A stretch of DNA of 64,000 bases, from assembly GCA_041658605.1 (NCBI GenBank), contig JBAZZU010000003.1:23354-87353 (forward strand). The letters are read 5' to 3'. Origin of the DNA: Thermoleophilia bacterium (GTDB taxonomy: Bacteria; Actinomycetota; Thermoleophilia; BMS3ABIN01). The notes under the pieces are model-generated. The model saw nothing but the letters and a program-made list of their open reading frames with translations. It did no database searches and was not told where the DNA came from. Below are positions 18,522 through 26,424 of this stretch, piece after piece (position 1 is the first letter of the stretch; each line of letters begins with the position of its first letter). The position numbers and the translations under genes are program-made.

Positions 18522-21500
18522 ATGTTCACCCCCTGCAAGTGCTCCAAAGGCTGCAAGGCCCACGCCATCATCACAGCGCTCGACATGGACGGGACCACCT
18601 ACCCTGTGCGAGTCCCCTATGAGCACCGCTACTCCTCGATCGGCTGGGGCGACCGTCCGCGCGTGCGGTTCGGTGATTCCGTAGCCGTCGAAGTGGCGCG
18701 CGGAGAGAAGGGCGTCCAGGCTCTTGACGAACTCGGCAACCTTCACCGGTTGAACCATGGCGCGTTCTCCACCTGGATTCCGGAAAGGAAGGGCAAGGCT
18801 CTCAAAAAGGCGGAAGTCAAAGCCGGTCAACGATGGATCACGGTCCACCCCGGCGGCGAAGGCTCAACGGGCGTCCCCATCCTGATTCAGGAGGAGAAGG
18901 ACGGAACCCACCGAGTCGTGGCAGGCGCGGGCGGGAAACTGACGCACCTCCGGCTTGAGAACGTCAAGAGCGCGGACGAATACGCCAAGTCCAAAGCCGA
19001 CAAGAAGGCCGCAAAGAAAGAGAAGGACAAGACCGCTCCGAAGGAAGTCAAGGAGACCAAGAAGGAAGCCCACGAGAAGAAGCGCGAGGCCGAGCGCCAG
19101 TTCGTCAAAAAGGTGAGCACGAAACTCGGGGGAGTCTCCGAGGATCGCAAGCGTGACGAATCCGAATCTCCCGCCGTCGCACGTCGGCTTGACGCGCAGC
19201 ATCATCGAAAGCAGGTCAACGAGGCCAAGAAGCGCGCCCACGGAGCCATGCAGGCGGTCGTTGCAGAGCGGACCGGGCAGGAGAGGGCAAAGGCGCTCAC
19301 CTCCGAGGATACTCCCGAGGTCTCCGCTCACGTTCAGGAAACGATTCGCGCAGAACTCGACGACGAGGAAGCCGCTCAGAAGGCGCGCAAGGAAGCCCGC
19401 GCGCCAAAGATGATGGCCTCCCGGGCCGTGGACCCCGGAGCGCAAGAGAAAGCCGTCGTCCATGCCGTTGAAGCGGTCAAGCAGGCCCCTGAGCAGCTCG
19501 ACAAGACACTTGAAGCGCTCGGCGGGCGTACTGACTCGGGCGAGGTTCTCCGGCTCTCTGTCGTGCCTGCCGTGGAGGCGAAACGCCGGTCCCTGCAAGC
19601 GCTCCAGGACGCCCAGATCATCCATGAAGCCCTATCGAACGGGCCCCCGAAAGACGAGAAGCAGCAGGCGATCGTGGAGCAGGCCCTGGGCGGCGCGAAA
19701 CTCGGAACCGAGGAGGCCAAGGAAGCACTCCAGACCGCCATGGTCTCGAAGGTCAACGAAGCCGAGCGGCACGAAGTCCAGTCCAGGAAGCTCGACCAGA
19801 TCGCACGGGACAAGGGCGAAGACGTGGCCGACCGTGCTCTCCGGGCGACCGACGCGGCAAGGGCCATCGCTCGCGAAACACAGGAAGCGCGGCGCCTGGG
19901 ACTCGACAATCCCGAGAAGACGCCCCTTACTGTGCCTGAAACCGATGAACTCATGGACGTGGTGAAGGACCTCCAGGACCTGAAAGCGAAGACCCGAGCC
20001 CTGAAGAACGTCGTCAAGGACGCGGAAAAGGGCAACTTCGATCGGTCGCGCCGTGCGTTCAAGATGGACGTTCAAGCGGCCCCCAAAGACGTGGAGATGT
20101 CGATCGAGGAAGAGGTTCAGCGCTCACTCACGGAGCAGCTCCTCGGCGCGGTCAAGACCGATCGCCCGGAGTACATCCAGGGCGTCACCGCTGGGCACTA
20201 TGACGCCCTCGCGGATGTCGGCTTGCAGATTGGCGGCCAGCGCTACCTGGACCGCCCCACGGTGGACGCTCTCGGCGCGAAGAATGCCGCGATCCTACTC
20301 CGGTATGGGCTTGACCAGGACGGGCACGATATGGACGCCGTTCGCCAGGCCGTGGAAGAGTCGCACGTTGACGCGGTGAAAACCGAAGCCGCCAAAGCCA
20401 TCGAGAAAGCGCGATCCTACGTCCCTGGGTTGGTCCACGAAGTCGATACAACCGAAGACGCCGAAGCAGCAATGGCGCACTTGGACGCCCACGAATCCGA
20501 GATCGTCTCAGCGCAGAAGGCCCTTTCCTCGGCGATCGGGAGGCTCGAAGGTACGGCTACCCTTGGCCAGGCGCTGCGCGACAAGATGCCCGATAGCCTT
20601 TCCGTTCGGGGCACCTCTCTTGAATCGTCTCAGCAGTGGGTTCATTCGCTCGGGCTTCACCCTGCCGATTACGAGGTGAACGCTGCACGGAACGAGATTA
20701 CGATCCCCCGCCGATCGTGGGACAAACTGCTATCCCGAGACTCGCGCGAGGACATCGACAACCGGCGCGTGGTCAACGAGATCAAGGCAGGTCAGCACGA
20801 CATCAAGGGTTGGCTTCCTCCCGGCATTGCCTATCGAGAGGCCTCCACGTTCACCGCGCCCGTTCCCAGCGCTCCTCGCATGTGGGAACCGCTTTCGTTC
20901 GATGGCGACCTCGACGAGGCCATCAAGACACACGTCGGCGCCCGGTTGGCATCCGGTGAGCATATCGGGGAGATTGCGTCTGACATCTCCTCGGAAGGTG
21001 TTGCTTCGCAGGCCCCGAGCGCGAAGGAATACCGCGCGGCACTCGAGCGGCACTTCCCTCTCTACAAGGAAGGTGGAAAGGAACGGCTCACCGAAGCCCT
21101 GGCGGCTCTTGGACCTCGGCCGGAGAACGAGAACGAGGCGATCGAGTGGGACCGAAAAGCCATTAAGGCGGAGCAAGCGGAAAAGGTAGGCCTGACGCAC
21201 TTCGCCGACAAGTGGGAGTCCTGGGCCCAGGACTACATGGAAAAGAAGCACGGTGGCGAGGGAGCCTATCACTCGCAGAACCTGCATCCCGAGGACGTGG
21301 CGACCCGTGAGGCCATTTTCCGGACGCTGGCGGATCACCCGGAGGGCAAGATCGCCTTCAAGCCGTCGGGTCAACTGACACCGCAGGAAGAGGGGGTGAT
21401 TCGGGACCGGTACTATCAGAGGATGGGGATCGACCCGAAGGTGAAGGTTGACGAGGCAAGGTTCCAAAGGGAGATGGCCCAGGCCAGTATGCCGGAAGGG

Positions 21501-24224
21501 CAGTGGGAGACCATGGTCAAGGAACACGAAGGAGAAGGCATAACTCCAGGGCAGGCCAAGGCCCGAGCCATGTCTCACCTTGGAGAGAAGGTCAAGAATG
21601 AGGCGTATTACCAAGAACTGACGAAACCATGGGACAAGACGGCTGGAACTGCATCTATAGACGAACCAAAGGATGTAAAACAACGTCGCCAATACCTGAC
21701 GCGCGAACTCGCCGCACTCGGGAAAGAGCCCGACCGCCAAGACAAAGAGGCCAACCAGAAATGGCAAGAAGCGCGTAATGCTGTTTTTGAAAAGGCCGAC
21801 ACCGATTCTGGCAAGGAAGAACTTGATGAGACCAGTCCCGAATACCGGGCTTGGCAAAAACGACGTGATGCTGTTCTTGCCCGTCATCCGCGAGCGGGTA
21901 TGCAAAGCGCAATCGATAGTCTCGACAAAGCCGATCCGGAGTACGCAAGCAAAGTCGAAGCCATCAAACAGGACGCAGCGACCGCCCCCACCGCCTGGGG
22001 CAACTACGTTGAAGCGCACGGTTCGCGGCAACTGGCGATCGAGGCCCTGCAAGATGAGATGAGGGGCGAATTCGTCAAGACGTACCAGGAGCACCACGGA
22101 AAGGTCACCGGGAACCCGCTACGGGTGGGCGTTCAGGACGTAACCAACAAGGCGCGCCATATCCGGGCAACAGGATCCCCCGAGGAAATCGCGCAAGCCA
22201 GGGCAGAGGAAAGGTCCAGGCTATCCAGTCTCCAGAAGAGGCAGGGCGGCGGATTTACCGAGATGGGCGGTGCAGGGTCGGCGAAAGCCCTGTTCACAAA
22301 AGCACTTGAACAAGACGAAATCGACAAGTCAAGTCAACTCGCTATGTTCGGATCGGCTACCTCCTCGGTGGCGGACCTCCCCGAAAAGAAGATCGAGCCG
22401 AAGACCGGCCAGCGGTGGAGTCTCGGAACCCGCGCGGAATCGCAACTTGAGAGCGTCATCAATGGCGGCCTGGGCCAGCAGTTTCAACCAGGAAGCCCGA
22501 TCCGGCTTTTCGGTGGGCTCAACATGGATGGCGATCGAATCCACCAGCAGCGGGTTCTTCGCCAACTCGATCGGGTCAAAAGGATGGCGGCGCTTCTCGG
22601 CACGGGCGCGGGGAAGTCGCTCACCTCGATCGCAGGGTTCACCCAGGCGCACGCGAAGGGTGAGGCATCCCACGGGCTCTATCTGGTCCCTGCCGCAGTC
22701 CAAGACCAGTTCGGCGGCGAGATGTTGCGCTACACGCAGCCCGGGAAATACAACTGGGCAACGGGTGGCGGAAAGAGCCACGCGGAACGGGTACGGATGC
22801 TCAAGGATCCGTCTATTCATATGCGGGTTATGACACACCAGTCCTTCCGGGATACTGCCCTAAAACTCATGGCAGACCACCATGGTCGGACTACCGAGAA
22901 GATGACAGAGGACTTCGGAAAGGCAGACCCAAAGACCCGCGCCCGGTGGATGCGTGAGGCCTTCGATGCCCACGGGATCCCCCGCCACTTCGTCTATTAT
23001 GACGAGGCGCACACCGCGACCTCCGAGAACGAGAAGAGCGCCTCTCTGACTCATGACGTTGCGACGGCGGTAACGCATCCGTCGAACGCTACCCATCTGC
23101 TTCTCGGGACCGCCACCCCCACGAAGAACAACACCGGAGAGATGCACTCATGGGCCTCGCTACTCGATCCGGACAAGTACGCCGATCGGTGGAAGTTCAT
23201 GCAGAACTTTGGGAGGGAAACCGCCTGGAACCCGAACGCGATCCGTCAAGAACTTGGGCACCGGGTTTACACCGCCAGAATCGACCCCGAAGGAGTATCC
23301 CGAACAGACACCGACAACCCGACCGTGGAGGAAAAGGAAGTCCAGACTGGTGAGAATATGTGGGGTCCAACCTACGAAAAGCAGAAGGTGAAGTCTGCCG
23401 GCAAGCCGATCGAACTTCACCCTACCCAGAAGGCCCGGGTAGATGAGATCACGGCGGCTTATGAGCAGGCATCCACCTCGTTCAAGAAGGGCCATGTGGA
23501 CGTGGAGAGCATCCGGAAAATCAACCCGGCACCGTTCGAGGGTAAGACCGATGAGCAGGCCCAAAGCATCGCGCGGAACATGATGAAGGGCCTTGGCTTC
23601 ACCCGTGACGCGGCGCTGGAGCGGGCGATCAACCGCTCGCCTGTGGGCCAGAACGCGAAACTGGACGCCCTGGCCTCTGTCGTCCAGCATGACCTCGCGC
23701 AGAACTGGACCGATCGGAAAGGCAACGCGCGCAAGGGGAAGGCCTCGATCATCTTTTCGGACTCGGCGCAGGATGGAAAACTCATCAACCAGCACCTTCG
23801 CTCTCTTGGCGTCCGCTCGGCTTTCTATCACGGTGGGCTTCCGAACGAGCAGAAAGAAGCCATCCGCACCGGGTTCCAACCCGAGCAAGGCGAGCCGAAG
23901 CACGACGTTATCGTCGCCACGTCGGCGGCCGAGGCGGGTCTGAACCTCCAACGGGCAAGCGTGCTGCACAATTACGACGTGCCCCAGACTGAGAAGAGCC
24001 ACGCGCAGAGAGCCGGGCGAGCGTACCGGCAGGGGCAACTTGGCGACGTGGAGATTCACAACTGGCACACGAACACGGCGTTCGAGCGTCGGGCGCTTCA
24101 ACTGCTCAAGGAGAAGCGGTATCTCGCTTCCGTGTTTCAGACTCCGATCGGCCATATGGACGACACAGGAACGGGCCTGCGTTATACTCGGATCATCTCA
24201 CGCAAACATGAGGCTGCGGCATGA
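18522..24224 (+). CDS. Giant 1900-aa protein with C-terminal SNF2-family helicase (polyvalent/DarB-like)
   Basis: Complete SF2/SNF2 core: Walker A GTGAGKSLT, DEAH (YYDEAHTA), motif III LLGTATPTKNNTGEMHSWASLLDP, helicase-C with QRAGRAYRQGQ. Long Lys/Glu coiled-coil N-terminal 1300 aa. QLAMF motif just before the helicase. Confidence 0.7.
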   Translation: MFTPCKCSKGCKAHAIITALDMDGTTYPVRVPYEHRYSSIGWGDRPRVRFGDSVAVEVARGEKGVQALDELGNLHRLNHGAFSTWIPERKGKALKKAEVKAGQRWITVHPGGEGSTGVPILIQEEKDGTHRVVAGAGGKLTHLRLENVKSADEYAKSKADKKAAKKEKDKTAPKEVKETKKEAHEKKREAERQFVKKVSTKLGGVSEDRKRDESESPAVARRLDAQHHRKQVNEAKKRAHGAMQAVVAERTGQERAKALTSEDTPEVSAHVQETIRAELDDEEAAQKARKEARAPKMMASRAVDPGAQEKAVVHAVEAVKQAPEQLDKTLEALGGRTDSGEVLRLSVVPAVEAKRRSLQALQDAQIIHEALSNGPPKDEKQQAIVEQALGGAKLGTEEAKEALQTAMVSKVNEAERHEVQSRKLDQIARDKGEDVADRALRATDAARAIARETQEARRLGLDNPEKTPLTVPETDELMDVVKDLQDLKAKTRALKNVVKDAEKGNFDRSRRAFKMDVQAAPKDVEMSIEEEVQRSLTEQLLGAVKTDRPEYIQGVTAGHYDALADVGLQIGGQRYLDRPTVDALGAKNAAILLRYGLDQDGHDMDAVRQAVEESHVDAVKTEAAKAIEKARSYVPGLVHEVDTTEDAEAAMAHLDAHESEIVSAQKALSSAIGRLEGTATLGQALRDKMPDSLSVRGTSLESSQQWVHSLGLHPADYEVNAARNEITIPRRSWDKLLSRDSREDIDNRRVVNEIKAGQHDIKGWLPPGIAYREASTFTAPVPSAPRMWEPLSFDGDLDEAIKTHVGARLASGEHIGEIASDISSEGVASQAPSAKEYRAALERHFPLYKEGGKERLTEALAALGPRPENENEAIEWDRKAIKAEQAEKVGLTHFADKWESWAQDYMEKKHGGEGAYHSQNLHPEDVATREAIFRTLADHPEGKIAFKPSGQLTPQEEGVIRDRYYQRMGIDPKVKVDEARFQREMAQASMPEGQWETMVKEHEGEGITPGQAKARAMSHLGEKVKNEAYYQELTKPWDKTAGTASIDEPKDVKQRRQYLTRELAALGKEPDRQDKEANQKWQEARNAVFEKADTDSGKEELDETSPEYRAWQKRRDAVLARHPRAGMQSAIDSLDKADPEYASKVEAIKQDAATAPTAWGNYVEAHGSRQLAIEALQDEMRGEFVKTYQEHHGKVTGNPLRVGVQDVTNKARHIRATGSPEEIAQARAEERSRLSSLQKRQGGGFTEMGGAGSAKALFTKALEQDEIDKSSQLAMFGSATSSVADLPEKKIEPKTGQRWSLGTRAESQLESVINGGLGQQFQPGSPIRLFGGLNMDGDRIHQQRVLRQLDRVKRMAALLGTGAGKSLTSIAGFTQAHAKGEASHGLYLVPAAVQDQFGGEMLRYTQPGKYNWATGGGKSHAERVRMLKDPSIHMRVMTHQSFRDTALKLMADHHGRTTEKMTEDFGKADPKTRARWMREAFDAHGIPRHFVYYDEAHTATSENEKSASLTHDVATAVTHPSNATHLLLGTATPTKNNTGEMHSWASLLDPDKYADRWKFMQNFGRETAWNPNAIRQELGHRVYTARIDPEGVSRTDTDNPTVEEKEVQTGENMWGPTYEKQKVKSAGKPIELHPTQKARVDEITAAYEQASTSFKKGHVDVESIRKINPAPFEGKTDEQAQSIARNMMKGLGFTRDAALERAINRSPVGQNAKLDALASVVQHDLAQNWTDRKGNARKGKASIIFSDSAQDGKLINQHLRSLGVRSAFYHGGLPNEQKEAIRTGFQPEQGEPKHDVIVATSAAEAGLNLQRASVLHNYDVPQTEKSHAQRAGRAYRQGQLGDVEIHNWHTNTAFERRALQLLKEKRYLASVFQTPIGHMDDTGTGLRYTRIISRKHEAAA

Positions 24225-24385
24225 AGATGAGAAAGAAAAAAGTAGACTTCTCAGCGGTAATCCGGCCAGTCAAAGAAGAAACTTCCTCGCACTTCGGATC
24301 GCGTGTCGTCGATATACGGTGTGTAGATTTCTCGGTTGACTCGATCCGTGCGTTTATCAAGCGGATGGAGCAGGAACCACTATGA
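24221..24385 (+). CDS. Small AT-rich ORF (54 aa), translationally coupled
   Basis: ATGA overlaps at both ends (giant gene stop and next gene start). Not in ORF track (<60 aa). GC much lower than surroundings. Coordinates approximate. Confidence 0.3.
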   Translation: MKMRKKKVDFSAVIRPVKEETSSHFGSRVVDIRCVDFSVDSIRAFIKRMEQEPL

Positions 24386-24624
24386 ACGACCGACAAGAGA
24401 TGATCAAACTCCTCGCGTCTCTGGAGGCCAACAAGCAGGCAATCCAGGGCGCAAGAAAGGACCTGGCCCGGGAATGCTCCGAGCGTCAGGATGCCGTGTC
24501 TCCTGCCCTGGAAACGATCGGCGAGCACCCCGACATGGAAGACGCGGGGATCCTCGGGCACCGCTACCACAAGACGATTCTGGCCGATCACCATGCGCTT
24601 GGCGAACTGGCGCGCCGTGGCTGA
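24382..24624 (+). CDS. Hypothetical protein (80 aa)
   Basis: ATGA-coupled ORF. Confidence 0.4.
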   Translation: MNDRQEMIKLLASLEANKQAIQGARKDLARECSERQDAVSPALETIGEHPDMEDAGILGHRYHKTILADHHALGELARRG

Positions 24625-24853
24625 CCTGTCGGCGTTCAAGATCCGATGTCCTGCCTGCGGTTACGATATGTGGGCCGTGCGCGCGGGTCAGTGGACGCTC
24701 AAAACCGCTATTATCCGGGTGGACGACGGGGTCTTCATTGCACGATGCCCAGAAGGGCGGTGCAAAGGTGAAGCCGTGGTCCCGATGGTTCTCCTGCACT
24801 CCGACGCTACCCGCCGAATTGTGAGAATTCGAAAAAACAGCGCTGAGGTATAG
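24617..24853 (+). CDS. Small zinc-ribbon protein (78 aa)
   Basis: GTG overlapping the upstream stop. CPACGYDMW...CPEGRC motifs. Confidence 0.3.
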   Translation: MADLSAFKIRCPACGYDMWAVRAGQWTLKTAIIRVDDGVFIARCPEGRCKGEAVVPMVLLHSDATRRIVRIRKNSAEV

Positions 24854-24891
24854 CCGGGCAGTCTGGTCCGAACCTCTCACGGCCCACCCAC

Positions 24892-24932
24892 GGCCCTACC
24901 CGGATCCCCTCCCGGGTAGGGCCTTCTTTTGT
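24892..24932 (+). terminator. Rho-independent terminator before the head module
   Basis: Perfect 11-bp stem GCCCTACCCGG / CCGGGTAGGGC, 8-nt loop, then CTTCTTTTGTTGG. Coordinates +/-1. Confidence 0.55.
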
Positions 24933-25726
24933 TGGTACTCATGTCGATCCCCTTCGAACTCTCCGGATCCCTCCTCGCTCGCCCGCTCCGAAAAGCGGTG
25001 AGCGCGCGGACTCGTCCGCTTGAAGGGTTCCTGACTACCTACGGCGTACTCAGCGAAAACGGCGGGATCATCCCGACCGCTGACCGAGACGGGCAGGTCA
25101 TGGAAGCCGCCTCTGCTCTGGGGCTCATCGACTTTCAGGAGTACCTCCGAACCGGGCTCTGGAACGATACCCACGATGACACCGTGATTGTAGGGCGCTC
25201 CGATGGCCTGGAGTTTCACAACGGCTCGACGAAGTTGTCACAGGCTCACCGGAAGGTCGGCTACTTCACGGCCGGGCACTTGTTCGACCCTGCGAACCCG
25301 GCTTCTTTCGGGGACTACAAGCCCTCGCCAAAGGAACTGGAACGCTCGGACTACTTCTGGGACCTCGCCAGCAGTACCCTGGGCGAAACCGATCGCGGGT
25401 TGGCTTTTTCGGCTCATGGCCGGATGTGGACCGACCCGACAAATACCAGGATTTTGACGGCGAAGATTGATCAGGTGGCGGTCTGCGAAACCCCGGTCAA
25501 TCCCTACTGTCCTGCCGAGATCCCCGAAGTGTCGGCTGAACTTGCGAAGGCGGTCAAGAAGCCGACTGCTTCCTCTTTGCTTGCTTCCCTCAAACCGGAG
25601 ACGCGGGAAAAGCTGGTCGCCATCATCAAGAAGCGTTTCCCCCATCTGTCAGACGCGGAGATCGATACCGTTCTTCTGAAACTGGCAGAAAACCACCACT
25701 ATGGAGTAAAATCCGATGCCCAATGA
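24929..25726 (+). CDS. Prohead protease, HK97 (U35/S78) family
   Basis: WNDTHDDTVIVGR resembles the catalytic-His block of HK97 gp4 (LWQHNPDQPIGRV). Candidate Ser in GLAFSAHG. Followed by scaffold and MCP. Confidence 0.55.
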   Translation: MLVLMSIPFELSGSLLARPLRKAVSARTRPLEGFLTTYGVLSENGGIIPTADRDGQVMEAASALGLIDFQEYLRTGLWNDTHDDTVIVGRSDGLEFHNGSTKLSQAHRKVGYFTAGHLFDPANPASFGDYKPSPKELERSDYFWDLASSTLGETDRGLAFSAHGRMWTDPTNTRILTAKIDQVAVCETPVNPYCPAEIPEVSAELAKAVKKPTASSLLASLKPETREKLVAIIKKRFPHLSDAEIDTVLLKLAENHHYGVKSDAQ

Positions 25727-26393
25727 AAAGAAGCCGCTCGATGACCTGATCGAGCAGATCGATGCCTCTGTCGTCACCTCGGCAATGCAGCCGCTGGTGG
25801 ACGGGTTCAAGGACCTTGCGAAAGCGGTCAAGGACTTCACCGACAAGGAAGACGACGAGAAGGAAGACAAGGAAGAGGAGTCCGACCCCGACATCCACGA
25901 GGACAAGGAGGACGAATCCGATCCTGACATCCACGAGGACAAGGAAGAGCCCCCGCACAAGGCCAAGGAAGACGACTCCGACGCCATGGAAAAGGCGATC
26001 GCGCTCGACGTGACCGAGTACCTTGACCGGTGGTCCAGGGATCTCCCGGCGCTCACCTCCGAAGTCAAGGCGCTCCGCAAGGACAACGCGGACCTTCGGA
26101 AGGCGGTGGCCGCTTACGCGGACCATTCGGCAGCGCTCACCAAGGCCGTGCTCTCCCTCGCCGAAGTCCGCAAGCCTGCCGAGGCCTCCCCGGCTCCCGT
26201 GGTCGCCGAAGCCGCTGGAGAGCGCTTCGAGGCTCCGGTCGTTCTGTCCGTGATTCCCATGGAGAAACTCACCAAGGCCGTGATGTCCGGCGTCATCGAC
26301 GGTCGCCACTTCGACAACTACACCTCCACCAAGCGTTTCGACCCCAACGACATCACGAACGATCGGCTTCACAAAGCCGTCTCCGCTCTCTGA
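25716..26393 (+). CDS. Scaffolding protein (acidic, repeat-containing)
   Basis: Highly acidic with tandem KEDESDPDIHEDKE repeats. Coiled-coil C-terminus. Sits between protease and MCP. Confidence 0.5.
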   Translation: MPNEKKPLDDLIEQIDASVVTSAMQPLVDGFKDLAKAVKDFTDKEDDEKEDKEEESDPDIHEDKEDESDPDIHEDKEEPPHKAKEDDSDAMEKAIALDVTEYLDRWSRDLPALTSEVKALRKDNADLRKAVAAYADHSAALTKAVLSLAEVRKPAEASPAPVVAEAAGERFEAPVVLSVIPMEKLTKAVMSGVIDGRHFDNYTSTKRFDPNDITNDRLHKAVSAL

Positions 26394-26424
26394 TCCCATC
26401 CCAACCCCACAAGGACAAAACACC

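Noticed and set aside
24600-24890. Possible sigma70 promoter (TTGTGA / TATAGC) for the head module.
   Set aside because: Spacer lengths of 15 or 24 nt do not fit. No convincing -35/-10 pair.
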